DNA of 64,000 nucleotides from Sphingomonas sp. (GTDB lineage: Bacteria; Pseudomonadota; Alphaproteobacteria; Sphingomonadales; Sphingomonadaceae). A program made the position numbers and the translations under genes. How positions within the stretch are numbered: position 1 is the first letter of the stretch; each line of letters begins with the position of its first letter. The stretch spans positions 489 through 64,488 of the forward strand of contig NZ_DATBDV010000006.1 of NCBI RefSeq assembly GCF_036269755.1. The letters are read 5' to 3'. Shown here one piece after another: positions 1 through 8,094 of this stretch. The notes under the pieces are model-generated. The model was not told the DNA's origin. It made no database searches and saw nothing but the letters and a program-made list of their open reading frames with translations.

Positions 1-190
1 CATCCCAGAAGGCCCTCTCGCGTTCGGAAGCTGAAGGGGGGCAGGGCGGCCGCTTCGACCGGAGCTGAGTTCGCGAGCGTGGCCGCACGACCAGCCATTT
101 CGTGACGCTGGCTTTCGACAAGGTTCTGCCCGACAAGCGAGCGGACGCTGCGCCCGCCAAGCGCCGCGCGGCTGCAAAGCGAGGGGGCTT

Positions 191-1123
191 ATCAAGCGCG
201 TTCATTTAGCTTCGCTGCTTTTAGCTGTGGGCATGCCGCTGGGCGCATGTTCGAAGCTCGCGGGCGATGGGCGGAGCGAAGCGTCGGACGAGGCCTTGCG
301 AGCTTGTGCGAACCTTGCTCGCGCGCCGATGGCCGAGATCCCCGGCGGCAGCTTCACGATGGGCGACGACCCGCGCTATCCAGAGGAGGGGCCGCCGCGG
401 CGTGTTTCGGTCAAGAATTTCTGGATCGACACGCACGAACTGACCAACGCCGAGTTCGCGCGGTTCGTGAAGGCGACCGGCTATCGCACCATTGCCGAGC
501 GCGACCCGCCGGCGACGCCGGGGGCGCCGCCTGAAATGCGCTTACCCGGATCGGCGGTGTTCTCGACGCCGGACGGAGGCGATCCCCGCTGGTGGCGCTG
601 GGCGGTCGGGGCGCAATGGCGGCATCCGTCGGGGCCAGGGACCGAAATTGCCGGACGCGGCAGCGAGCCGGTGGTGCAGATCGCCTATGCGGACGCTGCG
701 GCTTATGCCCGCTGGGCGGGCAAGCGGCTTCCGACCGAGGCGGAGTGGGAATATGCCGCGCTGGCCGGTGGCAAGGCGCTGCCCGAGCCGGTCGATGCGC
801 GCGGGACGCCGCAGGCAAACTATTATCAGGGCGTGTTCCCGATCCGCGACTTGGGCCTCGACGGGTTTCGCGGCCGCGCGCCGGTCGGTTGCTTCAAGCC
901 TAACGCTTACGGGCTCTACGACATGATCGGCAATGTGTGGGAATGGACCAGCGACGCCGGCGGGCGGCGCGACACCGGCCTCATCAAGGGGGGCTCGTTC
1001 CTGTGTGCGGCGAATTACTGCGCGCGCTATCGCCCCGCCGCCCGCCAGTTCGAGGAGCGCGGGCTGGGCACCGACCATATCGGCGTGCGCTTCGTCAGTG
1101 ATTGGCCCGTGGCGCCGCGTTGA
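191..1123 (+). CDS. Formylglycine-generating enzyme (SUMF1/FGE family), probable lipoprotein; start uncertain (ATC at 191 or GTG at 227)
   Basis: FGE motifs [28 protein letters not shown] and [20 protein letters not shown] with both FGE-type cysteines. The frame upstream of 227 reads [20 protein letters not shown] (lipoprotein-signal-like) after a GAGGGGG RBS. Confidence 0.88.
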   Translation: MKRVHLASLLLAVGMPLGACSKLAGDGRSEASDEALRACANLARAPMAEIPGGSFTMGDDPRYPEEGPPRRVSVKNFWIDTHELTNAEFARFVKATGYRTIAERDPPATPGAPPEMRLPGSAVFSTPDGGDPRWWRWAVGAQWRHPSGPGTEIAGRGSEPVVQIAYADAAAYARWAGKRLPTEAEWEYAALAGGKALPEPVDARGTPQANYYQGVFPIRDLGLDGFRGRAPVGCFKPNAYGLYDMIGNVWEWTSDAGGRRDTGLIKGGSFLCAANYCARYRPAARQFEERGLGTDHIGVRFVSDWPVAPR

Positions 1124-1185
1124 CGGCCTGTCCATATTATGGCACGATGAGTGCCAATAAAAATGTCGTTGAGGGGAGAGCGGCA

Positions 1186-2103
1186 ATGCATGTGTTGAGG
1201 ACGCCGGACGAGCGCTTCGCCGATCTCGCTGATTATCCCTTTGCCCCACATTATCTTACCGTCACCGATGCCGACGGGACCGATCTGCGAATCCACTATA
1301 TCGATGAGGGGCCGCGCGACGCTTCGCCGATCCTGCTGATGCACGGTGAGCCGAGCTGGTCGTATCTCTACCGCAGGTTCGTGCCGAATCTCGTCGGGCG
1401 CGGCCATCGTGTGGTGGCACCCGATCTGATCGGGTTCGGCAAGTCGGACAAGCCCGCCGCACGCGACGATTACACCTATGAGCGGCATGTCACCTGGATG
1501 AGCGATTGGCTGACCGCGCTCGACCTCTACGACATCACCTTGTTCTGTCAGGACTGGGGCGGGCTGATCGGCTTGCGGCTGGTCGCGGCGTTCCCCGATC
1601 GCTTCGCGCGGCTGGTCGTGTCGAATACCGGGCTGCCGGTCGGCACCGGATCGTCGGCCGGGTTCGACGCGTGGCTGGCGTTCAGCCAGAACGTCCCGCT
1701 GTTCCCGACCGGCGCGATCGTCAATGGCGGCGCCACGCGCGAGCTGAGCGCGGCCGAGATCGCGGCCTATGACGCGCCGTTCCGCGATGAACGCCACAAG
1801 GAAGGCGCGCGGCAATTCCCCAAGCTGGTGCCGATAACACCCAAGCATCCCTCGGTCGCCGAGAACCGCGCCGCATGGGCCGTGCTCGAGACGTTCGAGC
1901 GGCCGGTGCTCACCGCGTTCGGCGACAAGGACGCCATCACCAGCGGGGGCGAGAAGGCGTTCATGGAGCGGATTCCAGGCGCGCGCGGGCAGCCGCATCG
2001 GATCATCGCCGGCGGCGGGCACTTCATCCAGGAAGACGCGCCGGAGGAGTTGTGCGGACTGATCGACGATCTGATTCGCGCCGACGCGGGAGCGCTGGCG
2101 TGA
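1186..2103 (+). CDS. Haloalkane dehalogenase (alpha/beta hydrolase)
   Basis: N-terminus [11 protein letters not shown]; motifs [18 protein letters not shown] (Asp nucleophile plus Trp) and GHFIQED; GAGGGGAGAG RBS upstream of the ATG at 1186. Confidence 0.9.
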   Translation: MHVLRTPDERFADLADYPFAPHYLTVTDADGTDLRIHYIDEGPRDASPILLMHGEPSWSYLYRRFVPNLVGRGHRVVAPDLIGFGKSDKPAARDDYTYERHVTWMSDWLTALDLYDITLFCQDWGGLIGLRLVAAFPDRFARLVVSNTGLPVGTGSSAGFDAWLAFSQNVPLFPTGAIVNGGATRELSAAEIAAYDAPFRDERHKEGARQFPKLVPITPKHPSVAENRAAWAVLETFERPVLTAFGDKDAITSGGEKAFMERIPGARGQPHRIIAGGGHFIQEDAPEELCGLIDDLIRADAGALA

Positions 2104-2513
2104 ACTACGCGAACGCCATCTTCCCCGGACCCGAGCAGACGGCAGCCTTCTTCGGCGGCGGCGAAGATGGTGCGTTCGTGATGGTCAATCTGCTCAAGTT
2201 CAAGGACCGCGCCGAATATCCCGACGGCAGCGAACCCAGCCTGTCGGGCCGCGAAGCCTATGCCCGCTATGGTGCCGCGGTGCAGGCGTGCCTCGCGGCG
2301 GTCGGCGGCAAGTCGCTTTATGCCGGGGCGGTGACCGACCTGTTGCTCGGCGAGGTCGAAGACCTGTGGGACATGGTCGCGCTCGCGCAATATCCATCGC
2401 GCGCGGCGATGATGGCGATGGTGCAATCGCCGGAATATCAGGCGATCGAGAAGCACCGCGTCGCCGGGCTGGCGGGGCAGCTCAACATCCGCACCAAGCC
2501 GATCGGCGGCTGA
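2100..2513 (+). CDS. DUF1330-like small protein
   Basis: GTG overlaps the upstream TGA (GTGA); [14 protein letters not shown]...[12 protein letters not shown]...HRVAGL pattern. Confidence 0.75.
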   Translation: MNYANAIFPGPEQTAAFFGGGEDGAFVMVNLLKFKDRAEYPDGSEPSLSGREAYARYGAAVQACLAAVGGKSLYAGAVTDLLLGEVEDLWDMVALAQYPSRAAMMAMVQSPEYQAIEKHRVAGLAGQLNIRTKPIGG

Positions 2514-3599
2514 TCAGCCGACGGGCAGCCGGTCGAAATCGATCGTGCGCGAGCCGGCAGGCAGGCTGAACATCATCCCGTCCTCGCCGACGATGATCGG
2601 CCCATCATAGAGCTTGCGCGCGTCGCCGAGGAATGCCGGGTACATCATCCGCGACGGCAATTGTGGGATGATGTGGCTGAACACCAGATAGCGCACGCCC
2701 GCCGTCTGCGCTTCGCGCGCGACCATTTCGGGCGACGCGTGGTAGCTCAATATGTCGCGGGTGATCTGCGCGGTGCCGGTGATCCCGCGCCTGGTCAGCG
2801 CGACGGTCATCAGCTTGACCAGCTTGGGCTGCAGCCCTTCGTGGATCAGCAGGTCGACGCCCCGCGCCGCCGCGACCAACGCGGGACTCGCGGTCGTGTC
2901 GCCGCTCATCACCACCGATCGACCCTTATAATCGAAGCGATAGCCGACCGCCGGATCGACCGGACCATGATCGACGCGAAATGCGGTCACGCGCAGACCG
3001 TCCTTGGCGTAGACCAATACTCGGTCGTTCGATCCGCGCGGCGGGATGGCGAAGGGCAGGGCAACGCCGCCAGCGCCCGATGGCGGCGCGATCACCGGCC
3101 CGTGATGCGCCGTGCGATAGCCCGAATCGAGCGCATAGGCCGCGTCGTATCCCGCCACGACTCGATCGACGCCAGGCGGCCCATGGATCGGCAGCGGGCT
3201 GGTGGCGCCGTTGCCGGTCCAGCGCAGCAGCATCATCGGCCCGAGCCCGTCGATATGGTCCGAATGGAAGTGCGTCAAGAACACGCCCTCGATCGCACCG
3301 TTGGGAATGCCCATCAGCGAGATGTTGCGCGCGCCGCCTTCGCCCGCATCGACGACGAAGATGTGCTTGCCAGCAATGATCACGGTGCACGCGGCCGCAC
3401 GGCTGGGATCGGGAAGCGGTGAGCCGGTGCCGCACAGCGCAACGTGCAATCCGTCAGGCAAGCCCTGTGTCCGGTCGAGACCGGCGCGATCGGCAAACAC
3501 CGCGCCGAGGATCTTCGCGCCGATCGGGCGCTGGAACGCTGCGATGGCCGCGATCAATGCGACCATTGCGGCAATCGCCCCGAATAACTTTGCCCGCAT
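2514..3599 (-). CDS. Metallo-beta-lactamase-fold hydrolase (RNase Z / AtsA arylsulfatase-like), N-terminal signal or anchor
   Basis: CGTGSPLP, THFHSDHIDGLG (HxHxDH), SGDT, LIHE and FSHIIP motifs; hydrophobic N-terminus. Confidence 0.85.
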   Translation of the reverse strand: MRAKLFGAIAAMVALIAAIAAFQRPIGAKILGAVFADRAGLDRTQGLPDGLHVALCGTGSPLPDPSRAAACTVIIAGKHIFVVDAGEGGARNISLMGIPNGAIEGVFLTHFHSDHIDGLGPMMLLRWTGNGATSPLPIHGPPGVDRVVAGYDAAYALDSGYRTAHHGPVIAPPSGAGGVALPFAIPPRGSNDRVLVYAKDGLRVTAFRVDHGPVDPAVGYRFDYKGRSVVMSGDTTASPALVAAARGVDLLIHEGLQPKLVKLMTVALTRRGITGTAQITRDILSYHASPEMVAREAQTAGVRYLVFSHIIPQLPSRMMYPAFLGDARKLYDGPIIVGEDGMMFSLPAGSRTIDFDRLPVG

Positions 3600-3636
3600 T
3601 CCTCTGCCCCCTTGCGCCACCGATGCAGCCATATTG

Positions 3637-3651
3637 TGGCATTAGCAATGC
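3637..3651. promoter_or_regulatory. Candidate TetR operator (inverted repeat GGCATT-agc-AATGCC)
   Basis: Perfect 6-bp inverted repeat in the divergent intergenic region upstream of the operon that ends in tetR; the function is inferred. Confidence 0.35.
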
Positions 3652-3711
3652 CGAAACATTGCACCCGGCGCGAATGGTGATAGACTGGCGCCAACTTAAG
3701 GGGGGACGAGG

Positions 3712-4098
3712 ATGCGAAGCGGGGTACGCGCCGTGGTGGCCTTGGTCGGGGTGTTCAACCTGATGCTCGGGCTTGGCTTCCTGATCGACCCGGCGCAGGC
3801 GGGGCTGCGTTTCTTCCTGGCATCGCTCGGCACGCAGGGGCTGGCGACGATGCGCGCCGACTTCACTGCTTTTTTCGTGACCGGCGGGACGTTCGCGTTG
3901 ATCGCCGCCTGGCGCGCGCGGCGAGCGCCGCTGCTGGTGCCGCTGATGCTGCTCGGCGTCGCGATCGGCGGGCGTGTGATCAGCCTGATCGCGGACGGCG
4001 CGCCGGGAAAGGCGTTCATGCCGATGATCGCCGAAGCGGTGATGATCGTCATCCTGGCGTTCGGCTGGCGCTATTTTGAAGACGAGGCGGCGCGATGA
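3712..4098 (+). CDS. DUF4345-like small membrane protein
   Basis: Four hydrophobic segments; MRADFTAFF and GRVISLIADG pattern; ATGA-coupled to the sulfatase. Confidence 0.7.
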   Translation: MRSGVRAVVALVGVFNLMLGLGFLIDPAQAGLRFFLASLGTQGLATMRADFTAFFVTGGTFALIAAWRARRAPLLVPLMLLGVAIGGRVISLIADGAPGKAFMPMIAEAVMIVILAFGWRYFEDEAAR

Positions 4099-5789
4099 AG
4101 CGCTGGGTCAAGATCACGCTCGGCGCCGTGGCAACGCTCGGCGTCGCAGGATATCTGTCGAAGGATTATGTGTTCCTTCACCTGCCCGGCTGGCTCGCGC
4201 CGCGCGTCTATGACAATCGCCCGGTAAATTGGCAGAAGGGCCCGGCGACCGCCGCGGTGCCGGTCGACGAGCGCCCGCCCAATATCGTCCTGATCGTCGC
4301 CGACGACCTCGGCTATAACGATATCAGCTTCAACGGGGGCGGTGTCGCCGGCGGGCTGCTCAAGACTCCGAACATCGACGCGATCGGCCGCGATGGTGTC
4401 ACGTTTTCAGACGGTTATGCCGGAAACGCGACTTGCGCGCCGAGCCGCGCCGCGTTGATGACCGGACGCTACCCGACGCGCTTCGGCTACGAATTCACCC
4501 CCGCCGAAACGCACCCGCCGGCATGGTTCCCCTCCAGCCTGATCCGCACCGATGTAACCTTCGCGCGCAACATCGCGAGCTTCCAGACCGATTGGGAACA
4601 CAAGACGATCTTCGACGAAGATGCCGCGCGCCAGCCGGCGACGACCGCCGACAAGGGCGTGCCGGCGAGCGAGATCACCATCGCCGAATTGCTGCGCGGC
4701 CGCGGCTATCACACCGTCCATCTCGGCAAGTGGCATCTGGGCGATGCCAAGGGCATGCGGCCCGAGGACCAAGGCTTCGACGAGAGCTTGGGCTTCATGA
4801 TCGGCGGCCAGATGTATCTGCCCGAAAACAGCCCCGACGTGGAGAATTCGAAACAGGATTTCGATCCGATCGACAAGTTTCTCTGGGCCAATTTGCCGTT
4901 CAGCGTGCAATATAATGGCGGCGACCGATTTCGGCCGAGCAAGTACATGACCGACTATCTGACCGACCAGGCGGTCGCGACGATCGACGCCAACCGCAAC
5001 CGGCCGTTCTTCCTCTACCTCGCCTATAACGCGCCGCACACGCCGCTCCAGGCGTCGAAGGCGGATTACGATGCGCTGCCGCAGATCGCCGACCACCGCA
5101 CGCGAGTCTATGCGGCGATGATCCGCGCGCTCGACCGCGGCATCGGCCAGGTAATGGCCGAACTGAAGGCGCGGCGGCTAGACCAGAACACGCTCGTCAT
5201 CTTCACCAGCGACAATGGCGGGGCGCATTATATCGGGCTGCCCGACATCAATCGGCCATATCGCGGCTGGAAGGCGACATTCTTCGAAGGCGGCGTGAAG
5301 GTGCCGTTCTTCATGCGCTGGCCGGCGCGGATCAAGCCGGGCAGCCGGTTCGACGGACCGGTCAGCCACTTCGACATCTTCTCGACCGCCAGCGACGTGG
5401 CGGGGGCAAAGCAGCCAACCGACCGGCCGATCGACGGCGTCGACTTGCTGCCGTTCATCACGGGCGCAAAGACTGGAACGCCGCACAACACCTTGTTCTG
5501 GCGCAGCGGGCCGTACCGGGTGGTGCGCGATGGCGACTGGAAGCTGCAATTGCTCGACCTGCCGCACGTCGCTTTGCTCTACGATATGAAGGCCGATCCG
5601 ACCGAACGGCGCGACGTTGCCGCGCTCCATCCGGATGTGGTGGCGCGGCTCAAGGGTCTGATCGCGCAGCACGATCGTGAGAGCGTAAAGCCGGCCTGGC
5701 CCTCGCTGATTCGCTCGCCGATCGCGATCGACCGTCCGCTCGGCACCAAGCCGCGGCCCGGCGAAACCTACATCTACTGGTCCAATTGA
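4095..5789 (+). CDS. Type I (formylglycine-dependent) sulfatase with N-terminal signal or anchor
   Basis: PNIVLIVADDLG, CAPSRAALMTGRYP (CxPxR), GKWHLG and SDNGG motifs. Confidence 0.95.
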   Translation: MKRWVKITLGAVATLGVAGYLSKDYVFLHLPGWLAPRVYDNRPVNWQKGPATAAVPVDERPPNIVLIVADDLGYNDISFNGGGVAGGLLKTPNIDAIGRDGVTFSDGYAGNATCAPSRAALMTGRYPTRFGYEFTPAETHPPAWFPSSLIRTDVTFARNIASFQTDWEHKTIFDEDAARQPATTADKGVPASEITIAELLRGRGYHTVHLGKWHLGDAKGMRPEDQGFDESLGFMIGGQMYLPENSPDVENSKQDFDPIDKFLWANLPFSVQYNGGDRFRPSKYMTDYLTDQAVATIDANRNRPFFLYLAYNAPHTPLQASKADYDALPQIADHRTRVYAAMIRALDRGIGQVMAELKARRLDQNTLVIFTSDNGGAHYIGLPDINRPYRGWKATFFEGGVKVPFFMRWPARIKPGSRFDGPVSHFDIFSTASDVAGAKQPTDRPIDGVDLLPFITGAKTGTPHNTLFWRSGPYRVVRDGDWKLQLLDLPHVALLYDMKADPTERRDVAALHPDVVARLKGLIAQHDRESVKPAWPSLIRSPIAIDRPLGTKPRPGETYIYWSN

Positions 5790-6370
5790 TGCGCCAATCC
5801 GACGCCCAGCAGGACGGCCGCCGGCGGCGATCGCAAACCAGCCGTGACAAGATCGTCGCGGCGATGCTTGAGCTCGTTGCCGAAGGGCGGATCACCCCGA
5901 GCGCCGAAGAGGTCGCGGCGCGCGCCAAGGTGGGCCTGCGCACCGTGTTCCGCCACTTCGCCGACATGGAAAGCCTCTACGCGGCGCTGACGCACACGCT
6001 CGCCGAGCAATATGAGATGTGGCTGATCCCGTTCGAATCAAGCCACTGGCGCGAGCAGTTGATCGAAGTGATCGAGCGCCGCACCGCGACTTACGAACGC
6101 CTGCTGCCGTTCAAGTGCGCCGGCGACGCGCACCGTCACATGTCGCCGTCGATGCAGAATCAATATGCGCGCGTGCTGGGAATCATGCGGCAGCGCCTGC
6201 ACTCGTTCCTGCCGCGGTCGATCGTCGAGGATCCGACGCGTTTCGAGCTGATCGACCTGATGCTCAGCTTCGAGGTCTGGCAGCGGCTGCGCGGCGAGCA
6301 GCAGCTGGAAAGCGACCAGGCGCACCGGATCGTCAGCGCGGAGATTCTGCGCCTAGCGGAGGAGTCCTGA
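5789..6370 (+). CDS. TetR/AcrR family transcriptional regulator
   Basis: HTH EEVAARAKVGLRTVFRHF; TGATG overlap with the sulfatase stop codon. Confidence 0.9.
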   Translation: MRQSDAQQDGRRRRSQTSRDKIVAAMLELVAEGRITPSAEEVAARAKVGLRTVFRHFADMESLYAALTHTLAEQYEMWLIPFESSHWREQLIEVIERRTATYERLLPFKCAGDAHRHMSPSMQNQYARVLGIMRQRLHSFLPRSIVEDPTRFELIDLMLSFEVWQRLRGEQQLESDQAHRIVSAEILRLAEES

Positions 6371-6696
6371 GCTCTCGCTATAGAGAGGTTGCCGACGTCA
6401 CGCCGGTTAAGCGAAGTTTGGCAATTACTTGGCTCCGCATGGCAAGTCTCGAGACAGCCGGCGAGCGCGATTCCGCCACCCCGTTGATTACACTGCGAGT
6501 CGCGTCGCACGCGATTCCCGCCAAGCCTGTCCCAAATTTTTTCCGCACGGACAGCAAGTATTAAACTTTGACGCAAATTCAGACGCTTAAAAGCAAGCTA
6601 CAATTCGCGACCTCGAACGAAATCGCCTCCGGGAGTGCTTCCACTCCGGCCACAAACGGCTTATGGTGTCGCACCGGTTTACCATCAGGGGGTATC

Positions 6697-7692
6697 ATGA
6701 AAAGTTCGATCAAGCTGCTTTACACCGCTGGCTTCGCGCTGGCGGGCACCGTTGCGTTCGCGTCGCCCGCTTCGGCGCAAGCGACTCGGACATGGGTTTC
6801 CGGGACTGGCGACGACGCCAATCCCTGCAGCCGTACCGCGCCGTGCAAGACCTTTGCCGGTTCGATCTCGAAGACCGCCGCGGGCGGCGAGATCAACTGC
6901 ATCGACGCGGGTGGTTTCGGTGCGGTGACGATCAACAAGTCGATCACGATCCTGTGCGACGAGACTGAGGCCGGCGTGCTTGTCTCGGGCACCAACGGCA
7001 TCGTCATCAACGATGGCGGCGCTGGCACGGCTCAGGTGACGCTCAGCGGGCTGGATCTGGAAGGACTCGGGTTCACGACCTCAGGGTCAGGGATTCGCGG
7101 GGTATGGTTCATCTCGGGTGCGTCGCTGGTTGTGCGCAACAGCACCATCCGCAACTTTCGCGACGCCACCAACGGCACCGGCATCGCCTTCACGCCGAGC
7201 ACGACGGCGAAGCTGTTGGTTGATAACGTCTCGGTCACGGGCAACGGCAACGGCACTGCGGGCGGCGGTATCGTCATCCAGCCGACCGGCAGCGGCAGTT
7301 CGAAGGCAACGATTACCAACAGCCGCATTTTCAACAATGGCGGAACTGGCGTTTTGACGAGCGCTGTCGGGCTGACCGCCGGTACGGCGCTCTACACCGA
7401 AATTCGCGGCAGTGAGATTTCGAATAACAACGCCGGGGTGGGTGCGATCTCGCCACCATCGACGCGCAGCGTCATGGTGACGACCGTGCATAGCACGTCC
7501 TCGCAGAATACGCTGTACGGCGTCCTCAGCAACGGCTCGAGCGCGCAGAACCGGTTGTCGGACGACGTGATAAACATCAACGGCACCGGCGTTCAGTCTG
7601 CGGCGGGCGGTTTCTTGCTTAGCTACGGGGACAACCTGCTGTTCGGCAATACCACCGACGGCACGTTCAGTTCGACGCTCCCGAAGCAGTGA
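6697..7692 (+). CDS. Secreted protein with Cys-containing N-terminal domain and parallel beta-helix repeats
   Basis: Signal peptide ending ASA-Q; ATRTWVSGTGDDANPCSRTAPCKTF motif; repeated N/G/S/T/I-rich units (e.g. ITNSRIFNNGGTGV, IRGSEISNNNAGV). Confidence 0.8.
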   Translation: MKSSIKLLYTAGFALAGTVAFASPASAQATRTWVSGTGDDANPCSRTAPCKTFAGSISKTAAGGEINCIDAGGFGAVTINKSITILCDETEAGVLVSGTNGIVINDGGAGTAQVTLSGLDLEGLGFTTSGSGIRGVWFISGASLVVRNSTIRNFRDATNGTGIAFTPSTTAKLLVDNVSVTGNGNGTAGGGIVIQPTGSGSSKATITNSRIFNNGGTGVLTSAVGLTAGTALYTEIRGSEISNNNAGVGAISPPSTRSVMVTTVHSTSSQNTLYGVLSNGSSAQNRLSDDVININGTGVQSAAGGFLLSYGDNLLFGNTTDGTFSSTLPKQ

Positions 7693-7698
7693 TCGACC

Positions 7699-7726
7699 GG
7701 GCGCCGGGCTCCCCAGCCCGGCGCCC
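7699..7726. terminator. 12-bp perfect GC hairpin after the beta-helix gene
   Basis: GGGCGCCGGGCT-cccc-AGCCCGGCGCCC; no U-tract. Confidence 0.5.
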
Positions 7727-7765
7727 TACCGGTCCGCGGCCCTGCGACGTCGCAGCGTGCCGGAC

Positions 7766-7806
7766 AAAAGAAAAGCCCGGCGACCAAGCCAGTCGCCGGG
7801 CTTTCT
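7766..7806 (-). terminator. Intrinsic terminator for the precursor transcript (possibly bidirectional)
   Basis: 13-bp stem AAAGCCCGGCGAC/GTCGCCGGGCTTT, followed on the minus strand by a T-rich tract. Confidence 0.75.
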
Positions 7807-7838
7807 CGTAAGGGCGATACCGCCCTGACCGATCGTGA

Positions 7839-7979
7839 CTACGAAAGGCTGGCTTCGTTGGTGAAACCGCCTGACGTTTCCGCGCTTCCAGCCAGGAAAC
7901 GATCCACCGCCGGACGTTCCCAGGTGGGACGCGGTGCAGGATTGCGAGTGCTTACGTCCCGCTTAGGCTCATTGGTCAT
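7839..7979 (-). CDS. Lasso-type RiPP precursor peptide, 46 aa (MTNEPKRDVSTRNPAPRPTWERPAVDRFLAGSAETSGGFTNEASLS)
   Basis: AGGGGA RBS; WxxPxV leader motif; G/S-rich core with a single Glu; C-terminal Ser; lies directly downstream of the cyclase gene and has its own terminator. Confidence 0.8.
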   Translation of the reverse strand: MTNEPKRDVSTRNPAPRPTWERPAVDRFLAGSAETSGGFTNEASLS

Positions 7980-8013
7980 GCGTTCGTCCCCTGTTAAATT
8001 CGAACTCGAAACG

Positions 8014-8043
8014 GACATAACATTCGATCTGCCGTGCTGCCAA
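8014..8043 (-). promoter_or_regulatory. Putative housekeeping-sigma promoter for the precursor gene
   Basis: TTGGCA (-35-like) and GTTATGTC (resembles the Caulobacter-type GCTANAWC -10) on the minus strand at sigma70-like spacing. Confidence 0.35.
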
Positions 8044-8094
8044 GGATTAATTGCGCATCCGCTTCCGGACGAGCCGCACATTCGCGGACGCAGC

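Noticed and set aside
1-180. Possible structured RNA or leader upstream of a minus-strand ATG at 3..1
   Set aside because: Only short GC stems, no riboswitch consensus recognised, and the downstream gene is outside the window; an Rfam scan would be needed.
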